A stretch of DNA of 64,000 nucleotides from assembly GCA_019114205.1 (NCBI GenBank), contig DXFY01000075.1, positions 15,297 through 79,296 on the forward strand, written 5' to 3'. Below, piece after piece: positions 48,557 through 58,868 of the stretch. Under the pieces are notes generated by a model. It saw only the letters and a program-made list of their open reading frames with translations, searched no databases and was not told the DNA's origin. The position numbers and the translations under genes were made by a program. The DNA is from Candidatus Tidjanibacter gallistercoris (GTDB lineage: Bacteria; Bacteroidota; Bacteroidia; Bacteroidales; Rikenellaceae). Numbering within the stretch: the stretch's first letter is position 1; each line of letters starts with the position of its first letter.

Positions 48557-50650
48557 ATGCAAGCGTTCATTTGGTATCTTCTCAAGGTCGGCATCTGCAT
48601 CGCGGCATTCTGGCTGCTTTACAGGCTCCTCCTCAGCCGCGACACCTTCCACGGCCTCAACCGGGCGGTACTCCTCGCCTCGGCGGTGCTCGCCTTCCTC
48701 ATTCCGGCCGGATTCGTCACCCTTCCCGCCGACGCCCCCGGCCCCGAACCCTATACCGCCATCATCCCCATCGGAGACGAATTCCGAACCATCCGTACCC
48801 GAACGGCTCCGACACCCGAACCGCTCCCGGAGCCACAGGCGGCGGAACCGGATAAGCCCGTATCCGCCGAACACCGCCCGCTCCTCCCGACGCTCATCGC
48901 CTGCCTCTTCTGGAGCGGAGCGGCGGTTTCGCTGCTGCGCATGCTGGCCTCCGTAACCGAAATTCTCCGAACGGTACGCGGCGGCGAACGGACGCGCCTC
49001 GACAGGCATACCGTACTCGTACACACAGCGGACCATACCGTACCGTTCAGCTGGATGCGCTACATCGTCCTCCCGCGCAGCGACCGCAGGGAATACGAGG
49101 AACAGATTATCGCCCACGAACGGGAACACCTGCGCCTGCATCATTCGTGGGACCTGCTTCTGCTCGACGCGGCGGGATGCCTGCAATGGTTCAATCCCTT
49201 CATGCGGCTCCTGAGGCGGGAGCTGCAGGACATACACGAATACGAAGCGGACCGCGCCGTACTGCGGGCCGGATTCAATCCGAAAGAATACCAAATGCTT
49301 CTGATAAAGAAGGCCGCCGGCGCTGGCCGCTATTCCGTTGCCGACGGCCTCGGTCACAGTAACCTCAAAAAAAGAATTACCATGATGCTCAAAAAAGATT
49401 CCGGGCCACGCGCCCGCTGGAAAGTCCTCGCCATGCTGCCGCTCGCATGCCTCGCCCTCACCGCATTCGCCCAAAGGGAATACGACGGCAAAGATAACAC
49501 GAAAGTAGCCAAAACCAATTGGTATATTACGCACTGGGAGACACCCGCAGGAGCCTATATCAAACAAACTGTGCATATCGCGAGTACAGCACCAACGGTC
49601 ACTCCGCCCTATCTGATGGTAGATATCAACATTATCGACACGCCTTACTCTGGTTTCGAACATCCGGACAACTACGAAATAAGCCTCTTCATCGCACCTG
49701 CCGACAACGACGCCTGGAGTATTCCCGGCAAACGGTTCTATATCGACCTGCGGAATATGCCCGAAAACTTCGAGATGGCATTCTCAGATATTCCGGAACT
49801 GACGGCGAAATACCTGCCGGAAGTGACCGAACGAATCCCCGACCTCTTTCGACAGGCACCGACTCGGATAACCATCGCTCGGCACGACGGCGCATTCAGA
49901 ACCACCGCCGATTTGTCCGGCATACCCTCCTCCCTCTACGGAATGACGACCGACACGTACCACTACGAAAACGCGGAAGACCTTTACTATGTAGATATGG
50001 ACGAAAAAGGCAATATCTCCGTCGACGGCATCCCCGTTACGATTGATGCATTTACCGAGATGCTGAAGCCCGCCGTCACGCAGGCCACCACCGCAAACCG
50101 GTACATCCATGTGGTGATGAATCCTCAGCCCCAAACCCCATGGGGCACTATTACCCGCTTTCAACACACATTGCGGTCGATGACCTCATACTTCTTCATT
50201 TTCTCTTTCAGAGACAACGTATTACTCAAAGGCGGCATCAATAAAGGTATCGAAAGCAGCGAATTTCTCAATTTGGAGAATCCTCTGAGCCTGCCATCCG
50301 AAGAGTCCGAGCAACCGGTACCTTATTACGTCTATTTCACCCACAATTATTTCGGCACGACCGATGCCGACAAATTACGAAACAATGTAATAGAGATAAC
50401 CGCGGAAGCCGACAAGATATTCGTGAACGGTACACCCACCACGCTCAGACGCCTTACCCGCACGATACAGGACACAGCACGGAAAGCCGGCAAATCCCTC
50501 GATGAGATGCTCGTCGGCATCAAAACCGACAATGCCACCGCATACGGTATTTGGCAACAAATCGTATTCCAGGCGTCCGCCTTGGAACCGAAATGGTTAG
50601 TTACCGTTTATCCGGAACAAAATTTCTTGCCTCGCATTTCACCCATCTAA
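48557..50650 (+). CDS. M56 family metallopeptidase (BlaR1/MecR1-like) with a large extracytoplasmic C-terminus
   Basis: N-terminal TM helices, PFSW..YI, IIAHEREH (HExxH), QWFNP, HEYEAD and LKKRITMM; start placed at MQAFIW (48557), directly after blaI. Confidence 0.9.
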   Translation: MQAFIWYLLKVGICIAAFWLLYRLLLSRDTFHGLNRAVLLASAVLAFLIPAGFVTLPADAPGPEPYTAIIPIGDEFRTIRTRTAPTPEPLPEPQAAEPDKPVSAEHRPLLPTLIACLFWSGAAVSLLRMLASVTEILRTVRGGERTRLDRHTVLVHTADHTVPFSWMRYIVLPRSDRREYEEQIIAHEREHLRLHHSWDLLLLDAAGCLQWFNPFMRLLRRELQDIHEYEADRAVLRAGFNPKEYQMLLIKKAAGAGRYSVADGLGHSNLKKRITMMLKKDSGPRARWKVLAMLPLACLALTAFAQREYDGKDNTKVAKTNWYITHWETPAGAYIKQTVHIASTAPTVTPPYLMVDINIIDTPYSGFEHPDNYEISLFIAPADNDAWSIPGKRFYIDLRNMPENFEMAFSDIPELTAKYLPEVTERIPDLFRQAPTRITIARHDGAFRTTADLSGIPSSLYGMTTDTYHYENAEDLYYVDMDEKGNISVDGIPVTIDAFTEMLKPAVTQATTANRYIHVVMNPQPQTPWGTITRFQHTLRSMTSYFFIFSFRDNVLLKGGINKGIESSEFLNLENPLSLPSEESEQPVPYYVYFTHNYFGTTDADKLRNNVIEITAEADKIFVNGTPTTLRRLTRTIQDTARKAGKSLDEMLVGIKTDNATAYGIWQQIVFQASALEPKWLVTVYPEQNFLPRISPI

Positions 50651-50758
50651 ACGACATTCCGTATGCAGGCAGGTTTTTATAGACCTGCCTGCATCGAAAA
50701 AAATCCACCCGAAGCCGCACAAGCCTCCGCTCCCATCGCTCGCCTCGGTACCGGCGTT

Positions 50759-51781
50759 TCACACCCCGTGCGACAGCGGCGGCGGAACCGCACCCGAAAG
50801 GTCGTATCCGCCCCACTCCTGCGCGATGTAATCGAGCGTGGCGTTGATTTCGTCCACATCGGTCAGCGTGACCAGCCGCATCCGGGTGGGTTTGAAATCG
50901 GGCAGTCCTTTGAAATAGTTGGACAGGTGGCGGCGCATCTCCAGCACTCCGACCCGCTCGCCTTTCACTGCGACCGACTTGGCCAGGTGCCGTTTGGCGA
51001 TTTCCACCCGTTCCGCCACCGAGGGCTGGGGCAACAGTTCGCCCGTATCGAGGTAGTGCCTTATTTCGCGGAATATCCACGGCCGCCCATAGGTGGCACG
51101 GCCTATCATCACCCCGTCCACGCCGTACCGGTCGAACGCCTCCGCCGCCCGCTGCGGCGAGTCGATGTCGCCGTTCCCTATGACGGGTATCTTCATCAAC
51201 GGGTTGTTCTTCACGCGCCCTATCAGCGTCCAGTCCGCCTCCCCCGTGTACATTTGGGCCCGTGTACGGCCGTGTATGGTGAGCGCGGCGATGCCCGCGT
51301 CCTGCAAACGCAAGGCCACCTCTTCGATGTTCCTGTGCTCTTCGTCCCAGCCCAGCCGCGTCTTCACCGTGACGGGAACCTTCACCGCCTGCACGATGCG
51401 CCGCGTCATCTCCACCATCAGCGACACGTCGCGCATCATACCGCTCCCGGCTCCGCGGCCCGCTATTTTCTTCACCGGACAACCGAAATTGATGTCGATG
51501 ACATCCGGACGGACAGCCTCGGCGATACGGGCCGATTCGACCATCGGCTCAATCAGGTGGCCGTAAATCTGAATGCCCACCGGCCGTTCGTCCTCGGCGA
51601 TGTTCAGCTTCGCCACCGACTTGGCCCCGTCGCGCACGAGTCCGTCCGACGATATGAACTCCGTATAGACCATGTCGGCGCCGAACCCCTTGCACATGCA
51701 GCGGAACGAAGGGTCGGTCACGTCCTCCATGGGTGCGAGAAAAAGAGGCCGGTCGCGAAATTCTATCCCTGCTATCTTCAT
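50759..51781 (-). CDS. dusB: tRNA dihydrouridine synthase DusB
   Basis: LAPMEDVT, DINFGCP, VTVKTRLGW, TIHGRTR, GNGDI and GVMIGRA. Confidence 0.93.
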   Translation of the reverse strand: MKIAGIEFRDRPLFLAPMEDVTDPSFRCMCKGFGADMVYTEFISSDGLVRDGAKSVAKLNIAEDERPVGIQIYGHLIEPMVESARIAEAVRPDVIDINFGCPVKKIAGRGAGSGMMRDVSLMVEMTRRIVQAVKVPVTVKTRLGWDEEHRNIEEVALRLQDAGIAALTIHGRTRAQMYTGEADWTLIGRVKNNPLMKIPVIGNGDIDSPQRAAEAFDRYGVDGVMIGRATYGRPWIFREIRHYLDTGELLPQPSVAERVEIAKRHLAKSVAVKGERVGVLEMRRHLSNYFKGLPDFKPTRMRLVTLTDVDEINATLDYIAQEWGGYDLSGAVPPPLSHGV

Positions 51782-51852
51782 TTATCGAAGCATTTTACCG
51801 CTGCAAAGATAATCGCCGGGCGGTAAAAAGGAAAAATCGCTATCCTTACGGA

Positions 51853-52015
51853 ATAAAGGATGCGGCTCGGCAAAGGCAAAATCGAAAACTCCGTTTTCTT
51901 TTGTCACTACGCGCGCCTTTCACTATCTTTGCGCTGTTGCGCCAAGATAGGATGCGCCTCGGCAATACTATTCAAGTAAACTTGACAGTATTGCGCTCGG
52001 CTTTCACTATCTTTG
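51853..52015 (+). repeat. Two tandem copies of an element of about 75 bp, each ending in CTTTCACTATCTTTG (promoter -7 box)
   Basis: Copy 1 (51853-51931): ataaaggatgcggctcggcaa...ctttcactatctttg. Copy 2 (51943-52015): caagataggatgcgcctcggcaa...ctttcactatctttg. Confidence 0.8.
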
Positions 52016-52048
52016 TCTCTCAAAACGGATTGCAACGAATACGAAGAG

Positions 52049-53833
52049 ATGAACATAGAACAGTGCATCACCGGGGCGGCCGAAGCTGCGGTAAGGAACC
52101 TCTATCCGCAGGCGGAGGGCATGCCCGTACAGATACAGCGCACGCGCCGGGACTTCGAGGGCGACTATACCCTCGTGGTGTTCCCCCTGCTGCGCGCGAG
52201 CCGCAAATCGCCGGAAGCCACCGCCGAGGAAATCGGCCGGGCGCTCGTGGAGGCGGGCGGCCTCGTGGCTTCCTACAATGTCGTAAAAGGGTTCCTGAAC
52301 CTGACACTGCGGCGCAGCTTCTGGAACGAGAAGATTGCGGAAATTGCGGCGGATGCCGATTTCGGGTTCGGAGCCCCCACCGGCCGCACGGTCATGGTGG
52401 AATACTCCTCTCCGAACACCAACAAGCCCCTCCACTTAGGCCACATCCGCAACAACCTGCTCGGCTATTCGGTGGCGGAAATCCTGAAGGCGTGCGGCGA
52501 CCGGGTCATCAAGGCCAACCTCGTGAACGACCGCGGCATCCACATCTGTAAAAGCATGCTCGCCTGGCAGCGGTTCGGCGGCGGGGAGACGCCCGCATCG
52601 AGCGGTATGAAGGGCGACCACCTCGTCGGGAAATACTACGTGGAGTTCGACCGGCACTACAAAGAGGAGGTACGGGAGCTCGTCGCGCAGGGCATGAGCG
52701 AGGAGGAAGCGAAGCGCAGCGCCCCCATCATGCAGCAGGCGCAGGAGATGCTGCGCCGCTGGGAGGCGAAAGAACCGGAAACCTACGCCCTGTGGGAGAC
52801 CATGAACGGCTGGGTCTACGACGGCTTCGACAAGACCTACGCCGCGCTCGGCATCGACTTCGACAAGACCTATTACGAATCGCAGACCTACCTGCTCGGC
52901 AAGGAACTCGTCGAGGAGGGGCTGCGCAAGGGGGTGCTCTACCGGCGGCCGGACAATTCGGTGTGGATTGACCTCACGGCGGACGGTTTAGACGAAAAGT
53001 TGCTGCTGCGGGGCGACGGCACCTCGGTCTACATGACGCAGGACTTGGGAACGGCCTACCGCCGTTTCGAGGACAACCGGCTGGACGAACTGATTTACGT
53101 AGTGGGCAACGAACAGAACTACCACTTCCAGGTGCTCAAACTCGTGCTGAAGAAGCTGGGCTACGAAGAGTGGAGCGACCACATCTTCCACCTGTCGTAC
53201 GGCATGGTGGAACTGCCCGAAGGGAAAATGAAGTCGCGCGAGGGCACGGTGGTGGATGCCGACGACCTGATAGAAGACATGGTAACGACGGCGACGGAAA
53301 TGTCGCGCGAGCTGGGCAAACTGGACGGCACCGCTCCCGAAGAGGCCGCGGCCATCAGCCGGATGGTAGGGCTCGGCGCACTCAAATACTTCATCCTCAA
53401 GGTAGACCCGAAAAAGACGATGCTTTTCGACCCGCGCGAATCCATCGACTTCAACGGAAACACGGGGCCGTTCATCCAATATACCCATGCGCGTATCCGC
53501 TCGGTACTGCGCAAGGCCGACGAAGCGGGTATCGCCCGGACGGACGACCATGCCGACGTTCCGCTCGTGGCCGAAGAAATCGAGCTCATCAAGACGCTCG
53601 ACGAATTCCCCGCCACAGTCCGGCAGGCGGGCGACACCTATTCGCCGTCGGTCATCGCCAACTACGTGTACGACCTGGCCAAATCCTACAACGGCTACTA
53701 CCACGACCATTCAATCCTCCGCGAGGAGAACGAGGCCGTCCGCGCCTTTCGGCTCCGTCTGAGCGGCGAAGTGGCCCGCGTCATCAAACGGGGCATGCGC
53801 CTGCTGGGCATCGACGTCCCGGAACGGATGTAG
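52049..53833 (+). CDS. argS: Arginine--tRNA ligase
   Basis: VEYSSPNTNKPLHLGHIRN (HIGH), YVVGNEQ.YHF, KMKSREG and GPFIQYTHARI. Confidence 0.97.
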   Translation: MNIEQCITGAAEAAVRNLYPQAEGMPVQIQRTRRDFEGDYTLVVFPLLRASRKSPEATAEEIGRALVEAGGLVASYNVVKGFLNLTLRRSFWNEKIAEIAADADFGFGAPTGRTVMVEYSSPNTNKPLHLGHIRNNLLGYSVAEILKACGDRVIKANLVNDRGIHICKSMLAWQRFGGGETPASSGMKGDHLVGKYYVEFDRHYKEEVRELVAQGMSEEEAKRSAPIMQQAQEMLRRWEAKEPETYALWETMNGWVYDGFDKTYAALGIDFDKTYYESQTYLLGKELVEEGLRKGVLYRRPDNSVWIDLTADGLDEKLLLRGDGTSVYMTQDLGTAYRRFEDNRLDELIYVVGNEQNYHFQVLKLVLKKLGYEEWSDHIFHLSYGMVELPEGKMKSREGTVVDADDLIEDMVTTATEMSRELGKLDGTAPEEAAAISRMVGLGALKYFILKVDPKKTMLFDPRESIDFNGNTGPFIQYTHARIRSVLRKADEAGIARTDDHADVPLVAEEIELIKTLDEFPATVRQAGDTYSPSVIANYVYDLAKSYNGYYHDHSILREENEAVRAFRLRLSGEVARVIKRGMRLLGIDVPERM

Positions 53834-53849
53834 CGCACGGTACCGGAGC

Positions 53850-53898
53850 GATACGAACGGGCGGAGCGACTCCATCGTCGTTCCGCCCGTTCCGTATC
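53850..53898. terminator. Long hairpin between convergent argS and the SRPBCC gene
   Basis: gatacg-aacgggcggagcgac ... gtcgttccgcccgtt-c-cgtatc. Confidence 0.65.
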
Positions 53899-53974
53899 TC
53901 CGCCTCCCGCGGCGGCCGGCCTCCTTCCCGCACCGTGCGCACGAAGGCGGGCGACGCCCGCCTTCCCGGAACCG

Positions 53975-54382
53975 TCACAGTTCCCCGTTGAAAGCCCTGG
54001 CCATCTGCTCGGCCATCCGGTCGAGCCCGCTCTGGAGCTTGGAGCCTATCATCATCTTCATCACCATGTTGAGTTTGGCGTGCAGCACAAGGCGCATCCG
54101 CGTGTCGTATGCTCCGACCTCCTTGAGCTGTATCCAGAAGGTGAAGTCCAGCGGCGAACGCTCGTCGCCGGCTATCTTCACGTACTGTTCGGGAACCCTG
54201 TCCACCATGTGCAGCCGCACGGTCATCCCCTTCACCCGGAACGAACAGTGCGTTTCGTCTGCCGTCCACTCCTCTACATGCCCCTGCACCACGGGGGTGA
54301 AATTGCTGAAATCGCTGATTAACGAATAAATCTGCGCAGCCGGACGACGTATCTGCTGCTGCCTGCTTTCGTATTTCTCCAT
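53975..54382 (-). CDS. SRPBCC / polyketide cyclase-like family protein
   Basis: YES...I......IY..ISDFSNF, F..WIQL and L..KLN...KMMIG..LQ.GLD..AE pattern typical of Bacteroidales START-fold proteins. Confidence 0.75.
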   Translation of the reverse strand: MEKYESRQQQIRRPAAQIYSLISDFSNFTPVVQGHVEEWTADETHCSFRVKGMTVRLHMVDRVPEQYVKIAGDERSPLDFTFWIQLKEVGAYDTRMRLVLHAKLNMVMKMMIGSKLQSGLDRMAEQMARAFNGEL

Positions 54383-54434
54383 AAATTTGCAGTATTGCGC
54401 TTTAATGCGTTATTTTGTGCCATATTACAAGCCC

Positions 54435-55037
54435 ATGCAGGTAGTCTGGTACGAAAATAAAGCGCTCGTATTCGCTTCGGAAAGCCCCGCCGACGGTACG
54501 CCTTTCGTGCGCAGCGAGGGAGGCCCCGATTCGAGCCCCGCAAATTTGCTGCAAAAATTCGATAATAGCAACATGCTGTACGTTCTCTCGGACGACCCCG
54601 AAGCAGCGTTCCGGGCATTCCGTTCGCACATGACGTGCGTCGAGGCGGCGGGCGGCTTGGTCGAGGACGCCGAGGGACGCATCCTCATGATGTTCCGCAA
54701 GGGCCGGTGGGACTTGCCCAAAGGCCATGTCGAACAGGGCGAAACGCACGAAGCGGCCGCCCTGCGCGAAGTGACCGAAGAAACGGGCCTGCGGCAGGTA
54801 CGCATCCTCGGTCCGCTGACCGACACGCGACACTGTTACGATACGTACGGCCGCTGGGAACTGAAGCGCACCCGCTGGTACCGCATGCGCTGCACGCATC
54901 CCGCCCCGCCCGTTCCCCAGCGCGAGGAAGGCATCACGGAAATCGAATGGATGCGCGGCGCCGAACTGTGGAAGGCGGTCGGAAGCTCCTACGGGACGAT
55001 ACGCGACGTGTTCGACGCCTATGTGAAACAACGGTAA
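54435..55037 (+). CDS. NUDIX hydrolase
   Basis: EAAGGLV, WDLPKGH, and Nudix box GETHEAAALREVTEETG. Confidence 0.9.
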   Translation: MQVVWYENKALVFASESPADGTPFVRSEGGPDSSPANLLQKFDNSNMLYVLSDDPEAAFRAFRSHMTCVEAAGGLVEDAEGRILMMFRKGRWDLPKGHVEQGETHEAAALREVTEETGLRQVRILGPLTDTRHCYDTYGRWELKRTRWYRMRCTHPAPPVPQREEGITEIEWMRGAELWKAVGSSYGTIRDVFDAYVKQR

Positions 55038-55093
55038 ACACGGCGGGGAAGGAAGGCAATCACTCTCACAAACAACACAAATAGCACAGGAAA

Positions 55094-57250
55094 ATGAAAT
55101 TCAGAACGAAAACATTGGCGTTACTTATGGCAGCAGCGGTAACAGCATCGTGTTCGGGCGACGGTTCCCGCAAGGACGGAATCGTACCGCTCGATATCGA
55201 CAACAGCCTGACCGAAGCCGAAATAAAGGCCGGGATACTGACTCCTGAGGTCATGTGGAAAATGGGGCGCGTGGGCGAGAGCGCACTCTCTCCGGACGGA
55301 AAGCAGGTAGTGTACAGCGTGACGTGGTACAACATGGGCGAAAACCGCGGGCTCTCCTACCTCTACCTGATACCCGCCGAAGGCGGCGAACCCCGTCAGC
55401 TGACATTCGACGCGGTGTACGACCGTTCGCCGCAGTGGAGTGCCGACGGCAAAACCATCTACTTCCTGAGCGACCGTACCGGCGAAGGACAGATATGGGC
55501 CATCGGAACCAACGGCAAGCGCATCCACCAGGTTTCCAAAATCGAAGGCGGCATCGAGGGCTTCGGCATATCGCCCAAGGGAGACCACTTCTTCTACGTA
55601 CAGAACGTACATGTGGCCGACATCGAATCGAAAGACGTCTATCCCGACCTCGACAAATCCAAAGGCCTCATCTACAACGACCTCATGACGCGCCACTGGG
55701 ACTATTGGGACAGGGGATACTACAAGCACGTCTTCGTGGGCAGGTTCGACGGCAAGGAAGCCCATGCCGGCAAGGACATCATGCCCGGCGAAGCATGGGA
55801 CGCCCCGCTGGCCCCCTATTTCGACATGAGCGAAATCACCTGGAACCACGCCGGTACGCAGCTCGCCTACACCTGCAAGAAAATGACGGGCACGAAATAC
55901 GCGCAGTCCACCGATTCGGACATCTTCGTCTACGACGTGGCGACGGGTTCGGTCACCAACATCAACAAGGCCGGAATGCCCGACGACCCGCGTCTGCGGA
56001 TAGCGCCCGCATTCCCCGGCTACGACAAATATCCGGTATTCTCGCCCGACGACCGCTACATCGCCTTCCAGAGCATGCGCCGTCCGGGCAACGAAGCCGA
56101 TAAGACCCGCCTGTTCGTATGGGACAGCACGGACGGTTCGTTCCGCGACCTGACCGCCGCATTCGACTACAACGCGACGAACCTCGTCTGGGCGGACAAC
56201 AACACCATCCTCTTCATTTCGCCCATCGAGGCCACGCACCAGATATGTTCGGTGAACACCGACGGTGTTCCCCAGGTACAGGTGCTCACGCGGGGCGACC
56301 ACGACATCAACCATTTCTCCTATGCCGACGGCGTCTGCGTGGCCGAGAAGGTCAGCATATCGCAGGGAACGGAACTTTACCGCGTGGACAACGGCGCCCT
56401 CAACCAAATCACCTTCGTCAATAAGGACATCTACGACAAGGTGAAAATGGGCGAAGTACAGAAACGCTGGGTAGCGACCACAGACGGCAAAAAGATGCTG
56501 ACGTGGGTCATTCTTCCTCCCGATTTCGACCCGAACAAGAAATACCCCACGCTGCTCTACTGCCAGGGCGGCCCTCAGAGTGTGGTGAGCCAGTTCTGGA
56601 GCTACCGCTGGAACTTCCAGCTCATGGCCGCCCAGGGCTATGTGGTCGTCGCTCCGAACCGCCGCGGCGTCCCCTCTTTCGGACAGGAATGGCTCGACCA
56701 GATTTCGGGCGACTACAGCGGCCAGAACATCCGCGACTACTTCAGTGCAATCGATGACGTGGCACGGGAACCGTGGGTAGACCGCGACCGCCTCGGATGC
56801 GTCGGCGCAAGCTACGGAGGCTATTCGGTCTATTACATCGCAGGGCAGCACGAAGGCCGCTTCAAGGCGTTCATCTCGCACTGCGGCATCTTCGATTTCG
56901 ACAGCATGTACGGTTCGACCGAAGAACTCTTCTTCATCAACAACGACTACGGCGGCCCCTACTGGGACAAGGACAATGCCGTGGCGCAGCGCTCCTACGC
57001 TCACTCGCCGCACCGCTTCGTGCAGAACTGGGATACCCCCATCCTCATCATCACGGGCCTCAACGACTTCCGCATCCCCTATACCCAGAGCCTCGAAGCA
57101 TTTACCGGCGCACGGGTACAGGGCATTCCGGCACGTCTTGTCGCCTTCGAAAACGAGAATCACCAGGTGTTCCAGCCCCAGAACTCGCTCGTCTGGAACC
57201 GCGAATTTTTCGGCTGGCTCGACAAATACGTCAAGGGAAACGCCGAATAG
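55094..57250 (+). CDS. S9 family prolyl oligopeptidase / dipeptidyl-peptidase 5-like lipoprotein
   Basis: Lipobox TAS-C, PD40-type propeller repeats, QGGPQ, GASYGG nucleophile, DFRIP and ENH. Confidence 0.92.
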   Translation: MKFRTKTLALLMAAAVTASCSGDGSRKDGIVPLDIDNSLTEAEIKAGILTPEVMWKMGRVGESALSPDGKQVVYSVTWYNMGENRGLSYLYLIPAEGGEPRQLTFDAVYDRSPQWSADGKTIYFLSDRTGEGQIWAIGTNGKRIHQVSKIEGGIEGFGISPKGDHFFYVQNVHVADIESKDVYPDLDKSKGLIYNDLMTRHWDYWDRGYYKHVFVGRFDGKEAHAGKDIMPGEAWDAPLAPYFDMSEITWNHAGTQLAYTCKKMTGTKYAQSTDSDIFVYDVATGSVTNINKAGMPDDPRLRIAPAFPGYDKYPVFSPDDRYIAFQSMRRPGNEADKTRLFVWDSTDGSFRDLTAAFDYNATNLVWADNNTILFISPIEATHQICSVNTDGVPQVQVLTRGDHDINHFSYADGVCVAEKVSISQGTELYRVDNGALNQITFVNKDIYDKVKMGEVQKRWVATTDGKKMLTWVILPPDFDPNKKYPTLLYCQGGPQSVVSQFWSYRWNFQLMAAQGYVVVAPNRRGVPSFGQEWLDQISGDYSGQNIRDYFSAIDDVAREPWVDRDRLGCVGASYGGYSVYYIAGQHEGRFKAFISHCGIFDFDSMYGSTEELFFINNDYGGPYWDKDNAVAQRSYAHSPHRFVQNWDTPILIITGLNDFRIPYTQSLEAFTGARVQGIPARLVAFENENHQVFQPQNSLVWNREFFGWLDKYVKGNAE

Positions 57251-57516
57251 ACGCATGCGCGGCGGAATGCCGCGAAAGCACATACAGGAACGGCGGACTG
57301 AATGTCCGCCGTTCCTCTTTTATTCGGAATGCATCCCCTGCTGCCGCGACCGCAGGCAGCGCACCGTCCCGCGACTGCCGGCCGCCCCGACCGGCTCCAC
57401 GGGATTCGCCCGGCAGCAATGGCAGCGCACGCACGGGAAAGAACCGCTCCCCGTCTCCGGCGACGGGCCGGAGGGAAGCACGAACAACCGGCTGTTGGCT
57501 GCACGCAAAAAATCGC

Positions 57517-57524
57517 TAACTTTG
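57517..57524 (+). promoter_or_regulatory. -7 promoter element (TAACTTTG) for prfA
   Basis: Exact TAnnTTTG about 42 nt upstream of the ATG. Confidence 0.65.
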
Positions 57525-57565
57525 CGGCGCGGACGGCCGCCCCGACCGCATACGACAAAACGGAC

Positions 57566-58651
57566 ATGGCAGACAACAACATACTAAACAGGCTCGACGG
57601 CCTGAAACTGAAGTTCGAGGAGATAGGACAGCAAATGACCGACCCCGAAGTAATCGGCGACATGAAGAAATTCGTGCAGCTCAACAAGGAGTACAAGGAG
57701 CTGAAGCCCATCATCGAGACGAGCGAACGGTACCGCACGGCGGTGAACAACCTGCGCGAGGCGAAGGACATCCTCGCCAACGAAAAGGACGAAGACCTGC
57801 GGGAAATGGCCCGCGAGGAGGTGGCCGAGCTGGAACCCGCCATCGGAAGGCTCGAAGAGGAAATCAAGCTGCTGCTCATCCCCAAAGACCCGCAGGACGA
57901 AAAGAACGCCATCGTGGAGATACGCGGCGGCACGGGCGGCGACGAGGCGGCCCTCTTCGCCGGCGACCTGTTGCGCATGTACACGAAATACGTGGAAAGC
58001 AAGGGCTGGAAGTACGAAATAAACAGCGCTTCGGAAGGCAGTTCGGGAGGCTACAAGGAAGTGGTGATGAAAGTGACGGGCGACAACGTGTACGGTACCC
58101 TGAAATACGAATCGGGCGTACACCGCGTGCAGCGCGTCCCGCAAACCGAAACGCAGGGGCGCGTACACACCTCGGCCGCTTCGGTGGCGGTGCTTCCGGA
58201 GGCGGAAGAGTTCGACATCGAATTGAACATGAACGACATCCGCAAGGATACGTTCTGTTCGTCGGGCCCCGGCGGACAGTCGGTGAACACCACCTATTCG
58301 GCCATCCGTCTGACGCATATCCCGACCGGTATCGTCGTGCAGTGCCAGGACCAGAAGTCGCAGCTCAAGAATTTCGACAAGGCACTCGAAGAGCTGCGCA
58401 CGCGCATCTTCAACCTCGAATACCAGAAGTACCTCGACGAAATCGCGGGCAAGCGCAAGACGATGGTCTCCACCGGCGACCGCAGCGCCAAGATACGCAC
58501 CTACAACTACCCGCAGGGGCGCGTCACCGACCACCGCATCAACTACACGATTTACAACCTTTCGGCATTCATGGACGGCGACATCCAGGACGTCATCGAC
58601 CACCTGATTGTGGCCGAGAATGCGGAACGCCTGAAAGAGAGCGAACTCTGA
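57566..58651 (+). CDS. prfA: Peptide chain release factor 1
   Basis: GGDEAALFA, ESGVHRVQRVP.TE (PxT), SSGPGGQSVN and RTYNYPQGR.TDHRI. Confidence 0.97.
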   Translation: MADNNILNRLDGLKLKFEEIGQQMTDPEVIGDMKKFVQLNKEYKELKPIIETSERYRTAVNNLREAKDILANEKDEDLREMAREEVAELEPAIGRLEEEIKLLLIPKDPQDEKNAIVEIRGGTGGDEAALFAGDLLRMYTKYVESKGWKYEINSASEGSSGGYKEVVMKVTGDNVYGTLKYESGVHRVQRVPQTETQGRVHTSAASVAVLPEAEEFDIELNMNDIRKDTFCSSGPGGQSVNTTYSAIRLTHIPTGIVVQCQDQKSQLKNFDKALEELRTRIFNLEYQKYLDEIAGKRKTMVSTGDRSAKIRTYNYPQGRVTDHRINYTIYNLSAFMDGDIQDVIDHLIVAENAERLKESEL

Positions 58652-58868
58652 GCCCCCGCAGGCAAGCGGGGTGCGGACGGTAAAGCGGGCGGCGGCGTCC
58701 GCTTTTATCGTTCGGATGCCGGAGGTCTCCGCTGCCACGGTCGTCCGGAAAGGAACGCCCCTCAGAAAGCGACAGCGCCGGGGCATGAATTCTCCCGCCG
58801 GGCATGCGAATCCGGCCGTGCGGTACGTTATTTGATAAAAATTCAGTATTTTTCGGCATCAATCCCTT

